Program-made: the position numbers and the translations under genes
Source of the DNA: Octopus sinensis
Taxonomy: Eukaryota
Reading direction: 5' to 3'
Assembly: GCF_006345805.1 (NCBI RefSeq)
Contig: NC_042999.1
Span: forward strand, 137,950,001 to 138,014,000
DNA: 64,000 nt
Shown here: positions 50,355 to 63,129 of the stretch, piece by piece
Layout of the letters: every line of letters begins with the position of its first letter
Numbering within the stretch: position 1 is the first letter of the stretch
The notes under the pieces: generated by a model
What the model was told of the DNA's origin: nothing
Database searches by the model: none
What the model saw: the letters and a program-made list of their open reading frames with translations, nothing else

Positions 50355-50949
50355 TTAATGTCTTTTCTTCATCGCAAAATATTTTCTAATAAAAATATTT
50401 GATGCTAACTGTCTTAAATATATTGGTTTTAAGTTTTGTCACAAGGCCAGTAATTCTGAGGGATGGGATAAATCGATTACATCGACCCAAGTTCTCAACT
50501 GGTACTTAATTTATCGACCCCGAAAGTACGAAAGGCAAAGTGTTTGGCAGTATTTCAGCTTGGAACCCAAAGGTGAACGATATGCCGCTAAGCATTTTGC
50601 CCGGCGTGATTACGATTCTTAACCGCCTTAACCGCTTTCTTAACCGCTTAAAATTTTGACACTAGGATAGCGATTTCGGGGGAGGTCTTAACTCGATTAC
50701 ATCGATCCCAGTGCTCAACTGGTACTTATTTTATCAACTCCAAGAGGATGAAAGGCAAAGTCGATCTCAGTGGAATCCGCGTTAAATATATCGATACTAA
50801 TTTGACATAGGCTTTCATCTTATCGTGGTCAATAAAAAAAGTATCAATCCAAGGTAGTGGATTGACGGAACTTGGATGCTTTGCGGTGTTTGATCCGACT
50901 GTTTGTGTCCTGTGTTTAAATACTGCTATTAGCTTCTTGGGGTATTAGA

Positions 50950-53108
50950 CTTAATCCGTCACCTAATTTAACACCATCACCAGGCACCCTGGATGTTTTT
51001 AACAAACTCTGCTCTGCTGTGAGGAACTGAGATAGATCTTCGATTCAAGGATAACTTTCTACCTGCAACCAGTTCAGAGATCTGGGTCGCGGGTAATGCT
51101 TTCTCTTCTGACGCTCCCCTAGTTCTTTCCCCAAAACTTGTTTTTCATGTGGTTAGCATCTCTGTCATTTAGGTCAGTTGTTTATTGAAGTTTTACGAAT
51201 GTTTGGTGGATATTCTAACTTGTTGATGTTAAGCCCCAAATCACTCTGATCCAGCAGACTTATGATCAAAGAATGGATCTCAGATTACACAATTAAAATG
51301 TGAAATATTGCAAGCTGTTCTCGCTGGACATGTAAATATTTGGCTACTAGTAACCTCAACAGCAGCAGTTGAACTACAGAAAATCAACAAATTCTTTCTT
51401 CTTTCCCGCTCGTCTTCATCAGAAAACAGAGAAATCTTCACTGCCTCTGCCACCACTCCTGTGCTCCACCACCAACTCTCAATATTCATTGCAGTCACCC
51501 CCAGACCCATGAAATTACACAGCAATTTCTTGCATAGCAGGATATTTCTCTACTCTTCCAAAGTCTTCAAATCTCATGGAGGCACAGCTTGAATCCACAA
51601 CAGCTTTCAAGCAGCACGTGAACAATGCATTTCCAAGCTGGCGCAATCATTAGAACTTCATCTGCAATATTAAACCGACTTTTCCAAAAGTCTTCTAGTG
51701 TCACATCACTGGAAGAAGTGACCTCAAAATATTTTCTAAAGAGAGTTTTCGTTTACAGTTTTTGAAAAATTTAGAAATGACCAGCTGGTCCATGGACTGG
51801 AGAAGGGAAATGGTGTTGGGTGGCAGAGTTTACAAATCTAATTGGTCCATCAAATAAGGAGGCAAGAACATTATCCATGACTTAAAGTGTTTGAGGGGAA
51901 GATTATTGTCCTTGAGATAAAACACTTTAGACAATCACTCAGTGAAAAGATCTCTGGTTACCCAAGCTTTGTGGTTCGGCCGCCACTAGACAGCAAAATG
52001 ATTCTTAAGAATGTTTGCGAATGCTCTGGAGATCCAGGATGCATACGCACAAAGAAGTAAGGCAAGCCGGTTTTTCATCGGTTTCTGTCCGGACATTGAA
52101 CTCTTCTCTTTTATAATATATGTTCTATGAGATGACTTTTCATCCAAAAGTTCCGTACCGACACAGTTGAACACATGCTGCGAAATGAAGCCATCCTTGT
52201 CAATAATGTACACACAAGCTGCCTTTTAGTACTTATTAGCAGATTCACCATGGCTCACAACACTATGAAATCCATTTCTTTATCAGATTCTGGTAAAACA
52301 ATCCTTTGAAGCAAGAAAATCCAGTACTGTAGAATCACTTTTGGGACAATTTGTTCTAAGATTATCAAAAAACTATTTGGCTTTTTCAGAAAAGACCTAT
52401 TCTTTTCTTTAATTCCCCATCGAAAGTAAATTTTCCATCTCTTCAATAAAATTGTTACAAGATTTATTGAGTTCGATTATTCCCATAGCTACTTGAATAC
52501 TCTTTAACTTGCATTTGTTTTTCACTATGGTGCAGATGTTGATTTTGCCATTCTGTAATCCGATCTAAATGTTGTTAACACTTGTTCCATTCATGTTTAC
52601 ACATTGTTTCCGTCTTCGTTTCTATGGTAATCGATTTTATCACTCGCTCCGGTCAATTTTGCAAAACATATAGAAATATCATTTTTCTATATAAAGTACG
52701 AAAATTTGCAAGCTACATGAAATTTGCAAGATACACACGTTAGCAAACTGTTCGTACACGGGCCTCCCAGTCACTTCTATGTATGCAGTCTGTTAGTGGT
52801 TTGTTGTTTAAATTCTAGCTTGGCTCAATATAGTTTTCTTGAGAAAACCTGTTCGCTAAACAAATTGCTCATTTATAGTACTGTTCGTACTTTCCTAGTA
52901 CTTATAAACGTGCATTTTCTACTTGTGGTTTGTTCAAACTTCAAATTGTTAGGCGAACGGGCCCCCAGTCACTTACAGACATGCGAAATCAGATCATGGT
53001 CAGGTAATCAAATTTCAGCCCGTTGTGCGAATTCAATTTTTTCCATAAAAACCATTCGTTGATCAATTTGTTAGTTTAGAAAACCGTTCGTATATGAGCA
53101 CCCCGCTG
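50950..53108 (-). mobile_element. Degraded Tigger/pogo transposon
   Basis: DGFISQHVFNC..TELL..KSSHRTYIIKEK..MSGQKPMKNRLALLLCAYA (DDE_1); TA|CAGCGGGGTGCTCATATACGAACG terminus at 53108; other TIR not found. Confidence 0.75.
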
Positions 53109-54439
53109 TATCTATAATTTAAACGCATGAACGCTTACACACTTATACATACACACACAAACACACGCATATAACACACTCATGCGGTACTTCTCTCCAG
53201 CCATCTGGTTGATAAAGCGAAGAACTGGCAGAATCGTTAGAGCGTCTGATTGAACGTCACGCAGTATTTGTCCAGACTTTTTGCGGTCTCAGATCAATTC
53301 CTGCAGAAGTAGTTTACCCTTTCATCGTAGGAGCGGTGGGCTGGGGGAAAGGAAAGACAGTTGAACTGATGCTTTGCGGTATTTGTTTCGGCTCTTTGCT
53401 TGCTGAGTTTGAATCCCATCTCGGTGCCACATATCCTTATTTTGCTGCCAGTTTAAGGATAAATGTAGTAGGAGGCTAGATCAGTGGAATGCTAGTAATA
53501 GCAGTGAAGTTTTAATTAATTAAATCCCTCCCTTTTCATACATATATACATACATGCGTGCATACGATGGGCTTCTGGATAGTTTTATCGAGCAAATTCG
53601 ATTTACAAGCTACTCCTCAATCTGAATCTAGATGAGATGAAACACATTTCCTAGGTGCTGTGCAGTGGAATCGAACTCGGAAATATACGATTGCAAAGCA
53701 AACTTGTTATCCCACATCCCCATCCACACATACAGAGGTAAGTATAGCCGACATTTAGGAACTTTGGAGCTGAAACAGAATCTACCAGTTTTATTATTAC
53801 CTAGAAATTCATCAGATTTTCTCCCCCTCCCTCCCAAATTGTCGATGATTGTAGAAGTTAACGACTTATAATCATTTGTAAAATGACAACGAAACATTTG
53901 ATCTATCTACCGAGATTCTGAAAAGGCTGGTATCCTATTTATTCAAAGCTGTGAGAAAGTCGCTTTTTAGAGTTACTCGTTTTGATTCATTTGTCGCCAG
54001 AAGTCCGGGAGTGAGAAGCTTCGATTGGCAATTCACTCGGATTTAGTATTATATTTTATCTTTTTATCTTTTACTTGCTTCAGTAATTAGACTGTGGCCA
54101 TGCTGGGGCACTGCCGTGAATAATTTTTAGCCGAATGTAGCGGTAATATTCTATCGAATTATTTTGCTGAACCGCCAAGTTACGCGGACGTGAAAATATC
54201 AGCAGCGTTTGTCATACGCTGTTCACACACACATACACGCGCGCGCGCGCGCGACGGGTTTCTTCCAATTTCAGCCTACCAAATCCACTCGCAAGGCTTT
54301 GATCGGCCCGAGGCTATAGTAGAAGACATTTGCCTAAAGTACCACGCAGTGGGACCGAACCCCAAATCATGTGATTGGCAAGCAAGCTTCTTGCTGCACA
54401 ACCACGCCCGCGTATTGATAATTCTACAATACCTAATAA

Positions 54440-55260
54440 TATTTGTTTCAAATTTTGGCACAAATGATCTATTTCGGGGGAGTGGGTAAGTCAATTGTAG
54501 CCACCCCCCAGTACTCAACTAGTACATATTTTATCGGCCGCGAAAGGATGAAAGATAAAGTGGACATCTGCGGAATTTGAACTCAGAATGTGAAGACGAA
54601 CGAAATGTCGTTAAGCATTTCACTCGGCGTGCTAACGATTCAGCCAGCTCACCACCTTAACACAACCTAATAATATTTTTTCTACTCTAGGCATAAGGCC
54701 CAAAATTTCTGAGGAGGGAGCTAATCGATTAGACTGACCCCCTGTACGCAACAGGTACTTGATTTATTGACCCTGAAAAGATGAAAGGCAAAGTCGACCT
54801 TGGCGGAATTTGAACTTAGAACGTAAAGACAGACGAAATACCTATTGTTTTACTACCCATAAGGGGCTAAACAAAGAGCGGACAAACATGGACAGACAAA
54901 CGGATTAAGTCGATTATATCGACCCCAGTGCGTAACTGGTACTTATTTAATCGACCCCGAAAGGATGAACGGTAAAGTCGACTTCGGCGGAAGTTGAACT
55001 GGGAACGTAGCGGCAGACGAAATACCTATTTCCTTACTACCCACAAGGGGCTAAGCACAAAGAGAACAAACAAGGACAGACAGATGGATTAAGTCTATTA
55101 TATCGATCCCAGTGCGTAACTGGTACTTAATTTATCGACCCCGAAAGAATGAAAGGCAAAGCCGACCTCGGCGGAATTTGAACTCAGAACGTAACGGTAG
55201 ACGAAATACCGCTAGGCATTTCGCCCGGCGTGCTAACGTTTCTGCCAGCTCGCCGCCTTC
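54440..55260 (-). mobile_element. Four head-to-tail SINE family B-related copies
   Basis: Units ~54440-54660, 54680-54845, 54850-55030 and 55030-55260 share ATCGACCCC.GAAAGGATGAA.GG.AAAGTCGAC.TCGGCGGAATTTGAACT; the last two carry an extra CTACCCA.AAGGGGCTAA segment. Confidence 0.8.
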
Positions 55261-56129
55261 TTACCTAATAATATTCAGAACTTTTGCTGAATTGCCGTTA
55301 TCACCAGACATTACGCACACATACGCACGTATATACACTCAAACGCATATATGAATGTGTATGTGCGTGTGCGTGTATTCATGCACATTTTTATAAATCT
55401 ATATTTAGATTTAATTTTTGTTCTAGTTGTTTAATGATGTATCTCATATTCTGCTGGTGTTCTATCTCCATATTTTTAACAGATGTGTATCACTTAACTG
55501 GACGTTGACGTCACAACTCAACACCACACCTCAGAAGCAAGGCACTGTGCAGATTTAGCGTCTTGTCTTTTCTTTTTAGTTATAACGTTTTTTCTGGTTT
55601 CTATTTCATGAATGCCGTTGGGGGAAAAACGATTAAACCAAACAAGTTTATAATCTACTCAACTCTCTCCGTTTCTCCGTCTTACGTACATACACAAATA
55701 ATTAATATATAAACACGTACACACACATAGATATAGAAATTCATGTAAATATATATGTGGTAAGTAGACACATATGAGACTCAAAAGGCATTTCTTAATT
55801 CGTTTAATCGAAGTATTATTCACTGAGAATACATTACAACTAATTAGAAATTCACTGGGACTATGACCAATGTCTATGTGAAAGGAATAAAAAGAGAGAA
55901 CGAATCTCGAATTTACTCATATGAAAGAAATATACGAATATTATCTAACAGTAACATTCTGGAACATTTAGATTTTTGTGCGACTGCTTGCTTCTTCAGC
56001 TACTGTAAAAAGAGACAGATTCTGGTGAAGCCTTGAAATGAGCAGTTTTTTTTTTCATATGAAGTTGAGTATAAAAAGATTATAATGCATAAGGAATTCG
56101 AAATGAGTATATTTATATAAATAAAATAG

Positions 56130-56450
56130 TAAAGAACCCCTTCGGTCATGACTGACCATGGGATTGCGCCTAGAAAGTTCCCCGCCGAGGCACACGTCTG
56201 GGCAATGTTTTTATGGAAGACCAGCAGTCAACCATACATAACAGCCTCCCCTCTCTGTGCTACTGATGTTACCCAAGAGAAAGGCAAAGGCCGATACAGC
56301 TTAACACCCGTAACGTCATTTCTACAGATGAGTGAACTGGAGTAACGTGAAATAAAGAGTCTTGCTCAAGAACGCAACACAACCTGGTCCGGGAATTTGA
56401 ACTTACTACCTCATGATGTGAGCGCGACGCTTTAACTACTGAGCCATATG
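56130..56450 (-). mobile_element. tRNA-derived SINE family D
   Basis: Minus strand TGGCTCAGTAGTTAAAGCG (A box) ... AAGTTCAAATTCC (B box) followed by CTTGAGCAAGAC..TTCACGTT.CTCCAGT.CACTC body. Confidence 0.65.
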
Positions 56451-57385
56451 AATAAAAACAAAAACAGACAGCAAAATCATTTTACTGATGTAGGGAAAGC
56501 ATTTCCAGAGTTCTCTATTGAGAAAGATATTGTTAGAAAGCATAAACATTTAGGAGTGAGACAAACATGAATCTATCCTATAGCAATCACAGCAAAACTG
56601 GGCCCACACCGTACAAGCCCCAACTTTAGATTCTGCCACTGTAGAAATTTGCTAAGCTGCTATTTCAACAACAAATATCTTTACAAAACGTACTATATTC
56701 TGTGAATCTTATCCCTCATTCTCCAAACGTAATCCATTAACCTAACGTTCATAGAATTCAAACTTCGCTTTATCCAATACCAACACATTTAGATCTGACA
56801 GGATTACTAACTAATCACGTAAAAGAAATCTAATACTCCATCTTTCATCACTTGGGGTATCTTGGACTGAGTCAAACCTTACACACCAGACTTTAGATTA
56901 TGCTGTGTTTATTTGTAGTCAATTTTAGGCGGTGCATTGGAAGAGTTGTTAGAGTGTCGGATATAATGTCTCGCTGTATTTGTTTCGGACACGCAGCACT
57001 CTGAGTTCAAATACTGTTGAGATTAACTTTTCTTTTCATCCTATCAGATTAATAACCTAGGGAGGTGGATTGACAGAACGGTAAGTTCGGTGGTTGCAGT
57101 ATTGACTCCAGCTTTTTGCGTTGTGACCTATACAAGTTGAAGGTTGTTTTGGCCGCCTAGTTCAACACGGTCCCTTTGTCTTTAACGGAGTCCAGTCTGT
57201 AGCGAGTAATCGGGTTTGGTTACCATTTCGAGGGAACATTCTACCCTCCCTTCCATCACATTTGGGTGCTCTGTAAAATGTCATCAGCTGTATCTTTCCT
57301 CCTAATTAAAAGACAACAAATCTCTCTCTCTCTCGAAATGTGCTTACTATATATATATATAAAAGGCATACAATTTGTGTGTGTG

Positions 57386-57425
<40 letters not shown>

Positions 57426-58364
57426 CAGGCGTGGCTGTGTGGTAAGAAGCTTTTTTCCCAACCACATGGTCCCAGATTCAATTCCACTGCGTGGCATCTT
57501 GGGCAAGTGTCATCTACTATAGCCTCGGGCAGACCAAAGCCTTGTGAGTGGATTTGGTAGACAGAAATTGAAAGAAGCCAGTCGTATGTATATATGTATA
57601 AATTTATGTGTGTGTCTTTCTGTTTATGTTTGTCTCCCACCCATCATCGCTTGACAACCGATGTTGGTGTGATTACGTCCTCGTAACTTAGCGGTTCGAC
57701 AAAAGATACCGACAGAATAAGTACTTAGCTTACAGGGAAAAAGTCCTGGGGTCGATTTCTTCGACTAAAACCCTTCAAGGCGGTGCTCCAGCATGGTTTC
57801 AGTCAAATGACTGAAACAAGTAAAAGAATAAAAGAATATATGATATATATATAATTGTATATATGTATTTATATGTGTACGTGTACAAGTGTGTGCGTGT
57901 ATGTATAGCTATATATGTACATGTGAACGTATATATATTTGCGTGCTTATGTGTAAGTACCTGTGTTTGTGTATTCATGCGTGAATGTAGTAACTTGACG
58001 TTAGATAATTATTCTCACATCCACCCGCTTCCGATCAACTTCACCAGTTCCATCGCATTCAATATACAGACGCATACATGAAAACTATGTTATTACATTC
58101 CACCCCTGCCACTCTACTCACATATTCAAGTACACGTGCACATTCAGGCTTCTCGTTTTGTCCCTCTTCTCTTTTGCATAAACTCAAATATGCATTCACG
58201 CCCTAACACCTGTTCATACTTCACCACATCGCCTTCCGTCTCCATTTCTTTTTTTCCTGCACCGCTTCCCTTCCTCTCATGTGATATGAATTCATATCAC
58301 ATATGCATGCATGCATCCGTCCATCCATACACACAGAGGGAGAGAGAGAGAGAGAGACATACAC

Positions 58365-58397
58365 ACAAACATATATATGTATGTGTATATATATATT

Positions 58398-58438
<41 letters not shown>

Positions 58439-58462
58439 TATATATATGTATATATGCATATG

Positions 58463-58494
<32 letters not shown>

Positions 58495-58500
58495 TGTATG

Positions 58501-58575
<75 letters not shown>
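58365..58575. repeat. (TA)n/(TATG)n microsatellite
   Basis: Direct reading; explains ORFs 58221-58666. Confidence 0.95.
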
Positions 58576-58577
<2 letters not shown>

Positions 58578-58989
58578 AGGGGGGTTCTGTAAGAGACTGC
58601 GTGTCTCATGAACATAGTATACAACCCTATGAAGCACGTGTAGTTGACAACTTTGAATATGAATAGCAAGTATTAAATATAATATTTTATGACATGGTTG
58701 AATTTATATTCTGATTTGATGAATTTTATGGGGATTTCTGTCTCTAATGATACTTTGATATATATATATATAATTCAAAGAGAGTTAGAGGTTGTGAATC
58801 CAACCAACTAAGGGATTGTATCTATCCAATCTACTGCTGGTAAAATACCCAATTATTAATACACAAGTGTTGGTTATTGTGTGGCAATTACATTACTGAG
58901 CGTAATAAATAGGTGAGGGTAAAAATATACATATACACACTCACACATATATATATATATATATACGCACTAATACTCTCTCATACACA

Positions 58990-59325
58990 CACACACTCTT
59001 ATGTTGGGGCGAGGTCATTTAACCCTATTATCTCCCCTAATTTCGCTCTTGCGTCTCACGTTTGATCTTTGACTTCTGGCCGAAATCAGATCGCCATGTT
59101 GATTCGCTAGCCTCTGCACGCATTTTTTTTCTCTCCTTCTTTCTGTGTTTCTTTTCTGTGTATCTTTCTGTTGAAGAGCGTAGGCTCGAAACGTAAAAGA
59201 CTTGTTTTATTTATATTCCTGAGCGCCATACTAATACAATTGTTTGTTTGTATTCCACCTGCCTTCGTCTTTTGTTTATTCCGTAAACCTGCCTTCGTCT
59301 TTTGTTTATTTTCATAAAGCTTCCC
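58990..59325 (+). mobile_element. Hammerhead-bearing non-autonomous repeat; inverted partial copy at 59885-60110
   Basis: The two copies share AAAAAATGCGTG..GCTA.CGA...ATGGCG.TCTGA.TTC and TAGGGGAGATAA.AGGGT.AA.TGAC in opposite orientation. Confidence 0.6.
59163..59200 (+). ncRNA. Minimal type I hammerhead-like motif with A6U core variant
   Basis: TCTTT-CTGTTGA-A-GAGC-GTAG-GCTC-GAAAC-GTA-AAAGA: perfect stems I and II, GUA site, palindromic ACGT in place of a stem III loop. Confidence 0.55.
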
Positions 59326-59326
59326 G

Positions 59327-59411
<85 letters not shown>

Positions 59412-60864
59412 TATACACATATATACACATATATATACACATACGCATGTACACATATACAAAAGAACCAGTTATTAGTAGGTATAACACAATATTCCTA
59501 TTAGAGAGTGTATAAGAAGTGAGATAATAAGAGTAAAATCGGAGTACGCAATAGAGTTTGAGAGGAGTACAGTTTTGTAGAAATGAGAAGGTATATGAAA
59601 GGAGAAATATATATATATTAGGGAGTATAACTCCAAACTTACAGGGAAAAATTCAATTTAGTATTAAATCAAATTTCATTATGTATATATGTATATAAAT
59701 TATAAAAAAATCACTCTTATGTAATTCAAACATATACATACATACATACATACACACAGACATATATATTTTATGCATTAGGAAGGGTGGATTCATGCAG
59801 TGGTTCGTATTTTCCTTGCATATAAATATACACATACATATAAACATACGATATGTTTACAGTTGAGGGCTTGGTATTATGGTCTACATTACGTTCTTCG
59901 ACAGAAAGATACACAGAAAAAAAACAAGGAGAGAAACAAGGAGAGAAAAAAATGCGTGTAGGAGCTAACGATCTATCATGGCGTTCTGACTTCAGGCAGA
60001 GTTCAGAGGTCAGAGGTCAGACGTTAGAAGCTAGAGGGACAGTAGGGGAGATAACAGGGTCAAGTGACTTCCAAAACGAAGGTGGCCCCGACACAAAGGT
60101 GCGTGTGTGTATAAGAGAGTATGTATGTGCGTGTGAAAGAGGGCTGGGGGTATGGACGTGTGTATTTATGTATGTGTGGGTGTGGAGATATGGGGATGGG
60201 TGTGTGGGTGGTGTGTTGTGATGTGATATGTGTATGTATGTGTAGGTGAACGATTTCCTTCCCTTCCTCTTATAATATGATTTCATACCATATATATATA
60301 TATATATATGCGCACACACATCAACGACATTATCAACGTCACCAAATACACCAAATTTGGAAGTAAAAATAAATGAAAGCATTAACAATACATCTGCTGG
60401 AGTATTTGTAAGAATACGTAAACGCTACATGTGATCTTTCTGGTAAGAAAAACAAAAGAGTGAGATATATTAAATGTACTTTAACAGGAACATCGGTTAG
60501 ATCGATTTCCATTGGTCAGTGGTGATTAAGTGAAGAGGGTTTACAACATATCCTGGGAGGAGCACTTGTTTTCTGAGAGGTAGTAAGATGGAAGGTCACT
60601 TCTATGAAAAGAGGAGACTAAAGAAGGATGCAGTTGCAATCTAATGTCCTAAGAAAATGAGAATTACTCCGTCTAGAGTAGAAGAGAAGTTTATAAGAAT
60701 TTTGATTTATGATAGCAAAAATAAAAAAAAAAATGGATTTCTCATTCAAGATCTGGCGAGTTGGGACAAAAATTAGAATTTTTCCGTTAGGCAAAAAGTA
60801 CATCTCTTTCTCCATTGATGAACGAAGTAGCAGTTGTTACAATGTTCCATATATTAATACACAT

Positions 60865-60877
60865 ACACGCATGTACG

Positions 60878-60911
<34 letters not shown>

Positions 60912-61066
60912 ACACACACACACACACAAATACACACACACGCAGAGTTGATAAAGAAATAATTTCTCAGGAGAACAAGAGACATTTCCAGTGCGGAAAG
61001 AGCAGATACATACGTACATACATACATACATCCATACGTACGTACGTACATACATACATACATACA

Positions 61067-61131
<65 letters not shown>

Positions 61132-61140
61132 TATATAATA
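60865..61140. repeat. (CA)n and (TACA)n microsatellites
   Basis: Direct reading. Confidence 0.9.
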
Positions 61141-61263
61141 TATATTATTTAGCATAGAAATTTTGAATACAATGTTAATAATAATATATTTAAATTTATA
61201 TTATAGTATTGATAATATCTTTCAGCATTAATTGAAATACTTTATGCAGGTTTTATATCTTAA

Positions 61264-61301
<38 letters not shown>

Positions 61302-62546
61302 ATGTATGTAGTATGTATGTATGTGTGTACAAGTGCGTGTCTTTGTGTTTGTACCTGTCTCCTCCTATTACTTGACAACCACTGTTAGTTTGTTTACGTC
61401 CCATAAGATAGCTGTTTAGCAAAAGAGACCGATACAATAATTACCACACTTTAAAAATAAGTACTAGGTCGATTTGTTCGACGAAACCGTTCGAAGCTGT
61501 GCCCCAGTATGGCCGCAGATTAATGACAGAAGCAAATAAAAGATAAAAGACAACGGATACATATACATAGAGGGGAATCAGTTTGTTGGTAAAAACGAGA
61601 GTAACAGTAGAATTTATTCTTTCCAGAAGCACACACGAGAAGTTCAATACTTTAACGTCGGTCTATATATATTTTAATATGTATTATCAAGCTCTTATTC
61701 TAGAGATATTTCATATATCAATACTCTGGTTCTTAAGTTGTTCATCGAGTTCATTCTAAATCCTTTACACATGAAATATTTGTTGTTATCATGAGAAATT
61801 TTATTTCAGTATTAATTTTATCATACTCATTGCGTAAGTTGGACTTTAAATAGTTTTACTGCCAAGTTTTGCAGACAGATTTCATTTTGTAAAGCAAGTT
61901 ACTTTACGGACTGGTTACGACTGAATAGGATGTTTTTATTAATTTTGCTGTTTCCGTATATTTTTACTAATTATTCAATCCATTAAGCCTGATTTAAAAA
62001 TAAAGCGATTTGCAGCAAGTTCACTTCATTGACAGAAAAATGAAACTTGCACTTGCTTTCTGATGAGTGGTCAATAACCCATGAGACATGTCATGGCTGC
62101 CACCTTTATTTTTCTCTATAGAAAAAAATAACATAATGTATACACATCTACTTAAATATCTGTAGCGAAAGGTTAAAAAAACGTTGTTTAACCATTTTAA
62201 AGATATTTTAGGTTTTCTAGTATTCGCTGTGTTTTTTTTATATTAATTACTTAAATAGACCGTCGACAACTGCACGGAATGCAAATTAGACTAACCATTA
62301 CAGCAACGACCTAGCTTGTATTTGATTTAATTAGCGAATTGCTATAAATTCTGTTCGTGGATAAAAGAATGATGGGTAGTACTTGTATTCTGATTAGTAG
62401 CCAACGAACCATAAAACGTCAGGAGAATCTGTTTTCATTTTTCTGTGTTTCAAAAGAATAAAAATATATTCGCATTCCTTTAAAGTTCCATAGCGAACTG
62501 TAGCATAATTATTATATGCTTGTTTCTCTCTTTTCTCTCCTGCGCA

Positions 62547-62586
<40 letters not shown>

Positions 62587-62590
<4 letters not shown>

Positions 62591-63080
62591 CAGGCCTCGA
62601 CTATTGGGGTCGACTAGAAAAGCTAAAACTTTATTCTCTCCAACGTCGCCGTGAGCGCTACATCATCTGCATGATGTGGAAAATATTCCATCAGCATTGG
62701 CCAAATGATGTTGGCATCACCTTTAAGGTACATCCAAGGCTTGGGCCCCGTGCCATCCGCCCACAACAAAAATCGCACTCTCATCTCATAACAACAATAC
62801 GGCACAATTATTTCACCTCAATTGGCCCCGCTCTCTTTAACATTACACCAAAACACATTAAAACAGAAACAGACCCTATAGGGTTCAAGAAGTCTTTGGA
62901 CAGATTCCTTCAAGAAATCCCGGATAAACCTCCTACACCTGGATATGTCTCTGTAAACAATAACTCTCTACTTGAGTGGGCCATAGTGCCCAAATTCTGA
63001 CTTGAAAGACTTCACCAGGTGGTGCTATTAAGTTAGACATGGCCTGGGCCAATAATGGCCGAAACCTATCAAAGTATCAA
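62587..63080 (+). mobile_element. CR1/L2-group LINE 3' end
   Basis: LDYWGRLEKLKLYSLQRRRERYIICMMWKI...FKKSLDRFLQEIPDKP; 3' UTR ends ATGGCCGAAACC then (TATCAAAG)x2 and (TA)n. Confidence 0.85.
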
Positions 63081-63129
63081 AGTATATATATATATATATA
63101 TATATTTATTTTTATTTTAACATTTTTTA

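Noticed and set aside
58595-58650. CTCATGA-A-CATAG..CTAT-GAAGC-ACGT-GTA hammerhead-like pattern
   Set aside because: Two core substitutions and no stem I complementarity.
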